Shown piece after piece: positions 10,001-18,222 of a stretch of 64,000 nt of DNA. A program made the position numbers and the translations under genes. The DNA comes from a bacterium (lineage in GTDB: Bacteria > Verrucomicrobiota > Kiritimatiellia > CAIKKV01 > CAIYGI01): the NCBI GenBank assembly GCA_025360745.1, contig JANYBP010000103.1, positions 3,992 to 67,991 of the forward strand, read 5' to 3'. A model generated the notes under the pieces. The model did no database searches and had not been told where the DNA came from. It saw only the letters and a list, made by a program, of their open reading frames with translations. Position 1 is the stretch's first letter, and each line of letters opens with the position of its first letter.

Positions 10001-10143
10001 GAAACCTGGATCGTGGGATAATCCACCGTGGGCAGGTCGCTGACCGGCAGACTCCGGAAGCCGACGATTCCAGCGAGCAGAATGCTCGCCATGACCAGCG
10101 TGGTCGTAACGGGGCGGCGGATAAAAAGGGCGGCGATATTCAA
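7012..10143 (-). CDS. efflux RND transporter permease subunit (AcrB/HAE1 family)
   Basis: 1043 aa, 12-TM AcrB-like architecture. The N terminus is MNIAALFIRRPVTTTLVMASILLAG. Confidence 0.95.
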   Translation of the reverse strand: MNIAALFIRRPVTTTLVMASILLAGIVGFRSLPVSDLPTVDYPTIQVSASLPGASPETMASSVATVLEKQFSMIAGLESMNSSSALGSSQITLTFALDRDIDAAALDVTASIARAGRQLPADMPSPPSFQKSNPADSPFLYLVLTSPTLPLSALDEYGQTLMAQRISMVDGVAQVQVFGSQKYAVRIQVDPMALAAHGIGINEVADAIAQGNVNQPSGILYGPYRAVTIQTDGQIMKADGYRSLIVTYRKGAPVRLGDLGRVTDSVENDKVAAWYCTAAGQQRAVILAIMRQPGKNTVEVADAVKALMPELQKKLPAAVTLTTLFDRSLSIRASVHDAEFTLVLTFLLVVLVIFVFLRNVSATVIPALALPMSLIGTFAAMNVLNYSLDNLSLMALTLAIGFVVDDAIVMLENIVRHMEMGKQRMEAALDGAREIGFTIVSMTLSLAAVFIPVLFMGGLMGRIFREFAVTIGAAVLISGVISLTLTPMLCSRFLRAPASIRHGHIYAVTERGFQAMLEFYHRTLWWVLRRPARTMTLAILALGLTGWLFTIVPMGFIPSEDRDMFTITTEAAEGISFKSMLTHQQALAELVRKDPNIEAFMSSGGSRGSSGANVGRMMVRLKPRAQRELSVDGVIRKLQPFLASVPGIRAYAVIPPTIPIGGQSSKSKYQYTLQATDADELYRQTARLMEAMAALPGFQDVNSDMQLKNPELDIKINRDLASSMGLSVAQIENALYNAYGSRQASTIYAPNNQYQVILELMPEYQQNAAALPLLNVRSSSGLLVPINAAADLRPGVGPLTINHFGQLPSVTISFNLKPGVSIGEAVKQVDKIMERQLAGGGVSGNFQGEAQAFQNSIKSMGILLILAIVVIYIVLGILYENFWHPITILSALPFAGFGALVTLLLFNAELSIYAFVGIIMLVGLVKKNGIMMVDFAIEARRGGKAADEAIHEACMIRFRPIMMTTMAALMGGLPIAFGYGAGGEARQPLGLAVVGGLLFSQTLTLYVTPVFYLYMERVQMATHRHFNSGEVNSERQAVKANSV

Positions 10144-11282
10144 GGTTTGGCGGCCTCGTTTTTCGTGCCGCCGTCCTTGATCTCGACCTTGGAGCCCGGC
10201 GCCAGCCGCAACTGGCCGTCCGTTACCACCCGTTCGCCGGCGGCTACGTCTCCGGGCGCGAGCACGGTGTCCTCATCCATGATGCGGTTCACGCTGACCA
10301 CGCGATCCTCGACCCTCTGGTCCGGCTTGACCACGTAAAGGTAGGTTCCCTTCTGACCGGTGAGCACGGACGACGACGGCACGACCAGGGCATTTGTTTC
10401 CACGAGCAGCGTCAATTCGACACGCACGAACTGGCCCGGCCACAGGCGCTTGACCTCATTTGAAAAAGTTCCCTTGATCTGCAGCGTGCCGGTGGTCTTA
10501 TCCACCTCGTTATTGATGAAGGTGACGATTCCGGATTCGGGCAGGTTGGTGTCGCCGCCGATCATGGCCTTGACGAGCAGCCCGTTGGCGGAGGCCGGCA
10601 TCAGCCGCAGCAGATCCTGCTGCGGCACGGCAAACGAGACGCGGGCGGGGACAATGCGGTTCAGGACCAGCAGGACGGTTTCGTTGGCCATGACGACATT
10701 GCCGGGATCGACCAGGCGGGCGCCGGTGCGGCCGTCGAAGGGCGCGCGGATGGTGCAATATTCAAGCATCAGGCGCGCGTTATCCTCGGCCGCCTCGTCC
10801 GCCTGGACCGTGGCCTGCATGGCCAGCGCCGCCGTGTGCGCCTGGTCGCGCGCATCCTCCGCCGCAAAGCCTTTCTTAAGCAGCTCGTCCTGGCGTCCGG
10901 CCTCCTTGGCGGCGTTGTCGCTCTGAGCCCTGTCTTTGGCCAGATTGGCCTCCGCCTGGCGCAGCGCCGACAGCGCCGGCCTGGCGTCGAGGGTGAAAAG
11001 CAGGTCGCCGGTATGGACATCCTGGCCTTCCTTGAAATAAACGTTGGTCACCAGCCCGCCGACCTGCGGCTTGACCGCCGCCGTCTCGTAGGCTTCCACA
11101 GTGCCAAACGTCCGCAAAGTCACCGGCATGGCCTTCTGGACCACCTCCGCCATGGTCACGGGAACCGGCCCCGGCCCGCCACCCGCCCCGGCCTTGCCCC
11201 CGGCCCGGCTTTTTTCGTAAACCCGCCAGCCCCCCAGCCCGGCCACACCCACCGCCAGCAGAATCAGAATCGTTTTTTTCAT
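10140..11282 (-). CDS. efflux RND transporter periplasmic adaptor (membrane fusion protein)
   Basis: HlyD/AcrA-like coiled-coil and beta-barrel domains. It overlaps the RND gene by 4 nt. Confidence 0.9.
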   Translation of the reverse strand: MKKTILILLAVGVAGLGGWRVYEKSRAGGKAGAGGGPGPVPVTMAEVVQKAMPVTLRTFGTVEAYETAAVKPQVGGLVTNVYFKEGQDVHTGDLLFTLDARPALSALRQAEANLAKDRAQSDNAAKEAGRQDELLKKGFAAEDARDQAHTAALAMQATVQADEAAEDNARLMLEYCTIRAPFDGRTGARLVDPGNVVMANETVLLVLNRIVPARVSFAVPQQDLLRLMPASANGLLVKAMIGGDTNLPESGIVTFINNEVDKTTGTLQIKGTFSNEVKRLWPGQFVRVELTLLVETNALVVPSSSVLTGQKGTYLYVVKPDQRVEDRVVSVNRIMDEDTVLAPGDVAAGERVVTDGQLRLAPGSKVEIKDGGTKNEAAKP

Positions 11283-11294
11283 GGTGTTTTACTT

Positions 11295-11306
11295 CAAAAT
11301 ATTTTG
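11295..11306. promoter_or_regulatory. perfect 12-bp palindrome CAAAATATTTTG immediately upstream of the RND operon start
   Basis: Self-complementary 12-mer 13 nt upstream of the MFP start codon. A related AAGTATTTTGGGG sits at about 11478. Confidence 0.3.
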
Positions 11307-11492
11307 GATACCAAGCGGCTGATTAACTCATGTTCCCCATTGCCGCCACGGCCACGACCTGGCGGCGCTTCGATTGAACCGCCGGAGACCTGCTCTGATC
11401 GGCAACAGCCCTGATTGTCACCGTAATCCCGCCCTGCTGTCAAACGCTAATTCCACAATGACAACCTTTCTCAATGTGAAGTATTTTGGGGT

Positions 11493-12329
11493 TTACGGCG
11501 TCACCAGTTCGCGGGTGAAGTGGATGTAGGGGAAGCATTCGGGGATGTGCGAATCCCAGACGCCGTGGGCGCTCCAGGCCCAGCCGCCGGAATCGTGCGC
11601 GGGCGGCGCCTCTTTGAGCTGGTTGAAGCGCGAGAAGTCCATGCGCCAGACGTCGCCCTCGCGGGGCGGCAGGGCGCGGCCGTCGCCGCGCGCCAGCCAT
11701 TCCATTCCCGCCCAGGGGAAGGCCGCCTCCACGGTCCAGCCCCGGTCGCGGGTGGCGGGATCGTTGATCGCGCCGTCCGCGAAAACGGCGGCGCGCAGGC
11801 CGGGCAGGTCCCAGCGGAAAAACCCCAATCGCGGCCCGCGGGGATGGGTGGTGTAACCGACGCCGTTCCAGGGCCTGAAGCCCGGCGCGTCGCGCGAAAA
11901 TTCGGGCGCCTTGCTGAAGCCGCCGCGTTCGTAAGCATCCTCCCAGACAAAACAGGCCTCGTAAATCGTGCCGAGGGGATTGATCTCGAATTCGTAATAG
12001 GCGTCCCGCCCGGCGATGAAGACCTCGACGTCGTTTTCCTGCCAGACGGGCGCGTCGCGCTCGCTCAGGGTGGCGGCTAAAAAGGGCTCCTCGACCCAGA
12101 ACCCGACGTACAGGCATTCGTCGTCCCAAAGCACCGCGGCGCGCGTGTCGTGGATCGTGGGCCGTCCCGTGATCAGGTCGACGAAGCGCGGGGAACGCGG
12201 CGCCGCCCGCCAGGCCGGCTCGTCCAGGCGTCCATCGAGCCGCGGCGGGCGCGCGACGCGGTGGGCCGTGTAATGCGGAATTTTCGCGTCGGGCCAGGGA
12301 AAAGACGCAAGCGGTTTTGTCGTTGTCAC
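11493..12329 (-). CDS. carbohydrate-binding family 9-like (DOMON-like) domain protein
   Basis: RLDGRLDEPAWRAA motif and overall similarity to CBM9-like proteins. Confidence 0.6.
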   Translation of the reverse strand: MTTTKPLASFPWPDAKIPHYTAHRVARPPRLDGRLDEPAWRAAPRSPRFVDLITGRPTIHDTRAAVLWDDECLYVGFWVEEPFLAATLSERDAPVWQENDVEVFIAGRDAYYEFEINPLGTIYEACFVWEDAYERGGFSKAPEFSRDAPGFRPWNGVGYTTHPRGPRLGFFRWDLPGLRAAVFADGAINDPATRDRGWTVEAAFPWAGMEWLARGDGRALPPREGDVWRMDFSRFNQLKEAPPAHDSGGWAWSAHGVWDSHIPECFPYIHFTRELVTP

Positions 12330-12517
12330 AGGTGCTCCATGTGTCGGGCTTTTTTATGGGCCGGTTGTTTTCAGTTCGCCTCGCCCCCAATCCTAGCGCA
12401 ACATTCCCGGCAACGCCAACATGGCATGTTCCGGCTATGGGATGTTTGTTGTTGGTACGGAGGATTGAGGGGCTTAGAATGTCGGGGGTGAAGACAGCCA
12501 ATATCCCGGAGGTTCCA

Positions 12518-12721
12518 ATGAGTACAACCACGCCGAAAACGCCCGTCGAGATTCTGAAGGATGCGCTGGCCAGGGAACAAGCCGCGCACGATTTTTACGC
12601 GCAAATGATGTTAAACTGCAAAACCGACATGGTGGTGGAACTTCTTGAAACGCTCAAAAACGAGGAAAGCCGTCACATCCGGCTGGTCCAAGCCATGATC
12701 GTCAAACTGAAACTGGCTTAG
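12518..12721 (+). CDS. small ferritin/rubrerythrin-like helical protein (67 aa)
   Basis: ATG with GGAGGT RBS. Two predicted helices carry E..H motifs (REQAAHDFY and NEESRHIRL). Its stop overlaps the murC/murB GTG start. Confidence 0.35.
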   Translation: MSTTTPKTPVEILKDALAREQAAHDFYAQMMLNCKTDMVVELLETLKNEESRHIRLVQAMIVKLKLA

Positions 12722-12722
12722 A

Positions 12723-15098
12723 GTGGGGCGGGTGAATACTAACGGTTCCCAGATCTCCGTGGCGCCCGACGATCCGTCGCGCCGTCGCGCCGTCGCGGCG
12801 CTTTTGAAAAAGGGCGGACACGTTCATTTAGCGGGCATCGGCGGCATCGGCATGGCCGGGCTGGCGGTGCTCTTGCGGGGACGGGGTTTCATGGTTTCGG
12901 GCTGCGATCTGGCCGCCACGCCGCTTACCGTCTGGCTGACGGCCCGCAGTATGACGGTTTTCCATGGGCATGGCGCCGAACATGTGCTGGCGCCCGCGTC
13001 GCCGGTGGATTGGCTGATTTATAGCGCGGCGCTCTCCGCGGACTCCCCGGAATTGGCGGCGGCGCGCGCGGCGGGCATTCCGCTCCATCGGCGCGGCGAG
13101 GTCCTGCCGGCGCTGGTGACGGGGCCGGGCTCGGTCACCGTCAGCGGCACGCACGGCAAGACCACCACCACAACCCTGCTGACCCTGATTCTGCGCGCGG
13201 CGGGGCGCGATCCCACCTTCTGCATCGGCGGCGAGGTGGCGGCTTTGGGCGGTCCGGCCGGGGTCGGGCGCGACCCGTGGATTGTCGCCGAGGCCGACGA
13301 GAGCGACGGCACGGCCGCGCTCTACCGGCCCGCGCTGGCCGTGGTGACCAACATCGAATTCGACCACATGGAGCATTTCGCCGATGTCACGGCCTTTGAA
13401 GCCTGCTTCCAAACCCTCATGCTGAATGCGGGACGCGTGGTCTACGGCTGCGACGATCCGCGCGCGGCGCGACTGGGCGCGGCCTGTCCCGGCGCCCGCT
13501 CGTTCGGGTTGTCCGCGGAGGCGAATGTACGGGCGGTGGATGTGGCCCTCGAACCAATGGCGGTGCGCTTCCGCATGCAGCGCGACAATCTGGCGCTGGG
13601 CACGCTGCGCCTGCCGCTGCCGGGCCGGCACAATCTGCTCAATGCCCTGGCGGCCGCGGCGGCGGCCTTCGAACTGGGGCTGGATTTCGACGCCGTGCGG
13701 CGGGGTTTGGAGACGGCCGAACTGCCACGCCGGCGCTTCGAACGATTTGTGGAGCGCGAGGATATTCAGGTGGTTTCCGATTACGCCCATCATCCCAGCG
13801 AAATCGCGGCGCTGATTTCCGCGGCGCGCGCGCTGGGCCGGCGGATCGTGGCCGTCTTTCAGCCGCACCGCTTCACCCGCACGCGCGCGCTGGGGACGGA
13901 TTTTCCGGCGGCTTTCGCCGGGGTGTCCGATTTGATTTTGACGCCGGTCTATGCCGCCTCCGAAACGCCGCTGGAAGGCGGTACGATCTGGGATCTCTAC
14001 GGCCACTTCCGCCGCTCCGCCGCCGGGCCGGCGCGGGTCTCGGTGGCGGACAGTCTGGCGGGCGCCTGGGCCGCGCTGCGCACGCGGCTGGGCGCGGGCG
14101 ATCTGCTGCTGGTGGTTGGCGCGGGCGACGTGGAACGCATTGCCTGCTGGGCGCGCGAGGCGCTGGTCGGCGTGCCGGTCGCGGCGCTTAGTCCCGTGGC
14201 AAGCTGGCAACGCGCCGTACTGGCGCTGCCGCTGAGTCAGGCCACGGTGGTGCGCGCACATGAGCCGCTGGCGAAACACACGACGCTCGGCGTCGGCGGC
14301 CCGGCCGATCTATGGGCGGAAGTGGGAACGCCGGCGGACCTGAATGTACTGCTCGATTGGGCGGCGGGGGCGGATGTGCCATGGCGGGTGCTGGGCGGCG
14401 GGAGCAATACCTGGGCGGCGGATGACGGCGTACGCGGACTGACCATCCGGCTGAGCGGGCCCGCATTCGATTCACTGGCCTGGACCACCGACAGCGTGAC
14501 CGCGGGCGCGGCGCTGCCGGTGACGGCGTTGGCCGCGCAGGCGGCGGCGCGCGGGCTGGGCGGTCTGGAATTTTTGCACGGCATCCCGGGCACGCTGGGC
14601 GGCGCGGCGCGCGGCAATGCCGGGGCCTGGGGACGCGCCTTCGAAAATGTGCTGGCGGAATTGGTGACGCGCGAGCCCGACGGCCGTGAACGCGTTTGGA
14701 CCCGTTCGGAACTCGACTATCGCTATCGCGAATGTCCATGCCTGGCTGGCCGCGTGGTCTTGCGGGCGGTCCTGCGGCTGACTCCGGCGGAACCCGCGGC
14801 GCTGGCGGCGACGCTGCGCGACCAGGCGGCGCGGCGCGAATGGCAGCGCGGCCTGCGTTCGGCGGGCTCGGTCTTTCGCAATCCCCCCGGCGATTTTGCC
14901 GGACGCTTGCTGGAAGCCTGCGGCTGCAAAGGCATGACGCTGGGCGGCGCGCGCTTTTCCGAACGGCACGCCAACGTGATTGTGACCGCCGCGGACGCCA
15001 CGGCCTCCGACGTGCGCGCGCTCCTGGAACTGGCGCGCGATACCGTGCAGCGCCAAACCGGAATCCTGCTGGCGCCGGAATACTCTTTGCTTAAGTAG
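12723..15098 (+). CDS. murC/murB: bifunctional UDP-N-acetylmuramate--L-alanine ligase / UDP-N-acetylenolpyruvoylglucosamine reductase (MurC-MurB fusion)
   Basis: The N-terminal roughly 470 aa are MurC (IGGIGMAGLA, GTHGKTTTT P-loop, Mur ligase middle and C domains). The C-terminal roughly 300 aa are MurB (FAD-binding PCMH domain EPLAKHTTLGVGGPAD, plus the MurB C-domain). Confidence 0.85.
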   Translation: MGRVNTNGSQISVAPDDPSRRRAVAALLKKGGHVHLAGIGGIGMAGLAVLLRGRGFMVSGCDLAATPLTVWLTARSMTVFHGHGAEHVLAPASPVDWLIYSAALSADSPELAAARAAGIPLHRRGEVLPALVTGPGSVTVSGTHGKTTTTTLLTLILRAAGRDPTFCIGGEVAALGGPAGVGRDPWIVAEADESDGTAALYRPALAVVTNIEFDHMEHFADVTAFEACFQTLMLNAGRVVYGCDDPRAARLGAACPGARSFGLSAEANVRAVDVALEPMAVRFRMQRDNLALGTLRLPLPGRHNLLNALAAAAAAFELGLDFDAVRRGLETAELPRRRFERFVEREDIQVVSDYAHHPSEIAALISAARALGRRIVAVFQPHRFTRTRALGTDFPAAFAGVSDLILTPVYAASETPLEGGTIWDLYGHFRRSAAGPARVSVADSLAGAWAALRTRLGAGDLLLVVGAGDVERIACWAREALVGVPVAALSPVASWQRAVLALPLSQATVVRAHEPLAKHTTLGVGGPADLWAEVGTPADLNVLLDWAAGADVPWRVLGGGSNTWAADDGVRGLTIRLSGPAFDSLAWTTDSVTAGAALPVTALAAQAAARGLGGLEFLHGIPGTLGGAARGNAGAWGRAFENVLAELVTREPDGRERVWTRSELDYRYRECPCLAGRVVLRAVLRLTPAEPAALAATLRDQAARREWQRGLRSAGSVFRNPPGDFAGRLLEACGCKGMTLGGARFSERHANVIVTAADATASDVRALLELARDTVQRQTGILLAPEYSLLK

Positions 15099-15311
15099 CA
15101 ACTGCTCGGCGGAGTCAAGGAAGCCAGGAAGAGGAGGACATAGCGCAGCGGTTCACTTTCCGTACCCCATGGACGGCAGACGAATCGTGAACGGGTACGC
15201 ATCTGGACGCTATAAGTGCATGACCCGTGAGGCGTGATTGCTCCCGACGTAAAGTGGCGTTGGGAAGGATAAGGCGCACGCCGATGCGGAACTGTGCTTG
15301 ATGCCGGACGG

Positions 15312-16178
15312 TCAGGCCGGTTTGATGCGGGCGACGAGGCTGGCGAAGAATTCGGGGGACCAGACTTCGAGGGCGCGGGGGTCGCGGACAAACGGGGTGA
15401 CTTCCGCGCGCGCCTGTTTGATGTTCAGGGCGGCGATGGCGGCCGTCAGGAGACGACGCAGAGTGTCCAGGTCGAGCGGGGCGGTGTTCTTCCAATCGCC
15501 GGACTGCCGCATGCGCGCTTCGAGGTGGGCGAGGCGCACTTCGGGATGACGGCCGGCATACCAGACGAGATCGTACCAGTCGCGCCCCTTGACGCATGCG
15601 CCCCACTTGCGACAGAGGACGGCGTGCAACTTGCCGGCAAAGAGGTCGGGGAGCGAGAAGACGCGGACCGGGAACGGGATCGGTTGAAGCAGGTAGCGCG
15701 TTTCGGTGGTGAAGCCGCCGGGCGGATCGGTGTCGACTTCCAGTTTGATCTTGAGTTGGGCGTCGGGATGGACGCCATGCAGGATGTCCTCCCCCGCCCC
15801 GATCCGGATCATTTCGCGGACGGTGTTGGCTTTGAAAAAGGCGGACTCGATGGCGGTCGTGCGGGTCTTGACGCGACGGTCGAAGGCGACTTCGAAACCG
15901 AAACTGCCGATCTCGCGCTTGAGGGCCGCGCCATATTCCGCGAGCGAGAAACCTGGCGTTGGCCGGAGCAGGGAAAAATCAAGGTCTTCGGAGTAACGGT
16001 CCAGGCCATGGAGCACGCGCAGGGCGGTGCCGCCATAGAAGGCCGCGTGCTCGAAGAACTTGGCGCGCCAGAGGCCGAGCAGGGCCAGTTCCTGGAGGAT
16101 CTCGCGCAAGGCGTTCAGATGGTCGTCGCGGGTACGGCAGGTGTAGCGCGCCATCAAACTTTGGACGGCTTCATGCAT
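15312..16178 (-). CDS. abiEii: nucleotidyltransferase AbiEii/AbiGii toxin family protein (type IV toxin-antitoxin toxin)
   Basis: DUF1814-like motif FYGGTALRVLHGLDRYSEDLDF. It overlaps the upstream antitoxin gene by 8 nt. Confidence 0.75.
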   Translation of the reverse strand: MHEAVQSLMARYTCRTRDDHLNALREILQELALLGLWRAKFFEHAAFYGGTALRVLHGLDRYSEDLDFSLLRPTPGFSLAEYGAALKREIGSFGFEVAFDRRVKTRTTAIESAFFKANTVREMIRIGAGEDILHGVHPDAQLKIKLEVDTDPPGGFTTETRYLLQPIPFPVRVFSLPDLFAGKLHAVLCRKWGACVKGRDWYDLVWYAGRHPEVRLAHLEARMRQSGDWKNTAPLDLDTLRRLLTAAIAALNIKQARAEVTPFVRDPRALEVWSPEFFASLVARIKPA

Positions 16179-16824
16179 GGGCAGGTATCCCTAGTTTACG
16201 GAGAAAATTGAGCAGGTTGTCGATCTTGCGGGAGTCGTAGGCCTTGGCGATCGCTGTCAGGCGCGCGACGTCGAGTGCCCGTAGCGCCGATTCGTCAGCG
16301 CGGAGGTCGTCCAGCAGGTAGGCGCCGAGGTCGGAGGCGCGCGTGCCCGTGAGGCGCTTGTCGCTCCAGACCTTGTCCGCCAGCGCCTTTTCGGGGGATG
16401 CAATGAAAAAGGGGGCCTTCCCTCTGTCGTCCACGAAAATTCCCACAGCATAGCGGGCCGGTGAGAGAGTTCGGTAGGTGAAGCCGCCGAATGGTGTGTC
16501 GAACTTGTGTGCGCGGCCGGTGGTGACGGACGTGACGGCTTCCACGCGTTCCGGAATCAGACCGTGGAAACTCAAGGCTGTGTCGAGGCTGACGTAGGAC
16601 GGTCCATAGATCAGGTTGGCGAGTTGCTCGCGGACGATGGGGTTGCGGCGGAATGGCTCGGCGAAGACATAGAGTCCCTTCTTGACGCGGACGATCTCGC
16701 CGGCCGCCACAAGGCGGGCAATGCGGTCGCGCGGCTTGCGATAGTGGGAGAGGACGTCCAGAAGAACCTGATAGTCGAAGGCCTCGTGATCTACCTTGTC
16801 CAGGATGTTGGCGATGTCGCTCAT
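16171..16824 (-). CDS. abiEi: AbiEi antitoxin family transcriptional regulator
   Basis: N-terminal wHTH and AbiEi_4-like architecture. It is paired with abiEii. Confidence 0.7.
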   Translation of the reverse strand: MSDIANILDKVDHEAFDYQVLLDVLSHYRKPRDRIARLVAAGEIVRVKKGLYVFAEPFRRNPIVREQLANLIYGPSYVSLDTALSFHGLIPERVEAVTSVTTGRAHKFDTPFGGFTYRTLSPARYAVGIFVDDRGKAPFFIASPEKALADKVWSDKRLTGTRASDLGAYLLDDLRADESALRALDVARLTAIAKAYDSRKIDNLLNFLRKLGIPAHA

Positions 16825-16848
16825 GGGTGCGTGCTTGTTTATAACATA

Positions 16849-16873
16849 GTATGTCCACTTGCACTGGACATAC
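16849..16873. promoter_or_regulatory. inverted repeat GTATGTCCAC-TTGCA-CTGGACATAC upstream of abiEi (putative AbiEi operator)
   Basis: 9/10 matching arms flank a 5-nt centre. It lies 25-50 nt upstream of the abiEi start codon. Confidence 0.45.
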
Positions 16874-17223
16874 CCTGCATGATTTCTGGGGCAATGTCAA
16901 GCCAGTTCCAGGCAGGCTCGGCAATTTTCATTTTGCCGCTGATGTGACGGTCGCAATCGTTATCCAAATCGGGATCGGGATCGACATCCGCCGATCCATT
17001 CGATTTCGATAGCGATCCCGACTTGCTCGAAGGCACACAGAGAATGGCTGACATGGATCAAATAAAGATTGATGCCACACTTCCGATTGTGTGAAAATCT
17101 GCGCGAAGATGTCGGGATGGCTACGAATCTTGCGGAAGACTGGGGCCACCGACCGCCGCACAACCTGATTAACTCCGTTTTTCATCATTAACCCGCAACC
17201 ATCCATCTGCGCAGTTACAAGCC

Positions 17224-18150
17224 ATGAATAAGCCAACCGCGACTGTTTCTTCGCCACGTCCCTTTCGACGCGTCGCCGTGCTGAAAGGAGGGCCTTCGTC
17301 GGAGCGCGAGGTTTCGTTGCGTTCCGGGACGGCGGTGGCCGGCGGCTTGCGCGAGGCGGGATACGAGGTCGTTGAAGTGGACGTTACGCGGGCGCGCTTG
17401 AAACTGCCCGCCGGGATCGATGCGGCCTTCATCGCGTTGCACGGAGCCTATGGCGAGGATGGCGGGGTGCAGGCCGACCTGGAAAAGTGCGGGGTGCCGT
17501 ATGCCGGTTCCGGTCCGCGCTCCAGCCTGGTGGCGTTCGACAAGCGCCTGACCAAGGCGGCCTTCGACGCGGCGGGCGTGGCCACCCCGGCCTGGGAAGT
17601 TCTGTCCGCGCCCGGCGCGCGCACGCTGCCGCTGCCAGTGGTGCTCAAGCCGCCCTGTCAGGGATCGAGCATCGGCATTCACCGTGTTTTCCGGCATGCC
17701 GACTGGGCGGCGGCTTTTGCGGATGCCGTGCGTTACGACGGCGAGGTGCTGGTGGAAGACTATCTGCCCGGGCGTGAACTGACGGTGGGTATTCTTGGCG
17801 CCGAGGTCCTGCCGGTGGTGGAAATCCGCGCGCCGCGCGGAAATTACGATTACGTTTCCAAATACACCAAAGGCCGGACATGCTATCTTGTGCCGGCTCC
17901 GCTGAGCGGGCTTGAAACCCGTCAGGCCCGGGCCCTGGGACTGGCGGCTTTTCGGGCGCTGGATTGCGCCGGATTCGGACGAACCGATATCCGGCTCGAT
18001 GCGCGCGGACGGATGGGCGTGTTGGAGGTCAACACGATTCCAGGCTTCACAGAAACCAGCCTGCTTCCGAAGGCGGCGGCGGCGGCGGGGTATTCGTTTG
18101 CCGCGTTGTGCGATCGCATTATGCGTTCCGCCTCGCTCAAGGGCCGGTAG
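17224..18150 (+). CDS. ddl: D-alanine--D-alanine ligase
   Basis: Ddl N-domain plus ATP-grasp. It sits in dcw-cluster context. Confidence 0.9.
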   Translation: MNKPTATVSSPRPFRRVAVLKGGPSSEREVSLRSGTAVAGGLREAGYEVVEVDVTRARLKLPAGIDAAFIALHGAYGEDGGVQADLEKCGVPYAGSGPRSSLVAFDKRLTKAAFDAAGVATPAWEVLSAPGARTLPLPVVLKPPCQGSSIGIHRVFRHADWAAAFADAVRYDGEVLVEDYLPGRELTVGILGAEVLPVVEIRAPRGNYDYVSKYTKGRTCYLVPAPLSGLETRQARALGLAAFRALDCAGFGRTDIRLDARGRMGVLEVNTIPGFTETSLLPKAAAAAGYSFAALCDRIMRSASLKGR

Positions 18151-18179
18151 TAGATGCCAGAGTCGTAATCAGTAGCGTC

Positions 18180-18222
18180 TTAGGCGTTAGACTGTTAGGC
18201 TGTAGACTGTTAGGAGCAGACC
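18180..18222. repeat. three imperfect 15-bp direct repeats (TTAGGCGTTAGACTG / TTAGGCTGTAGACTG / TTAGGAGCAGACC) abutting the ftsQ start
   Basis: Read directly from the sequence. Confidence 0.5.

Noticed and set aside
12317-12517. 134-aa version of the small ferritin-like ORF
   Set aside because: Its upstream part overlaps the divergent promoter region and the 5' end of the CBM9-like gene. An internal ATG at 12518 has a good RBS and gives the compact helical protein.
11440-12531. 363-aa minus-strand ORF overlapping the CBM9-like gene
   Set aside because: It is an alternative frame of the same region. It gives an Arg/Gly/Pro-rich low-complexity translation, whereas the 278-aa frame has the conserved CBM9-like motifs.
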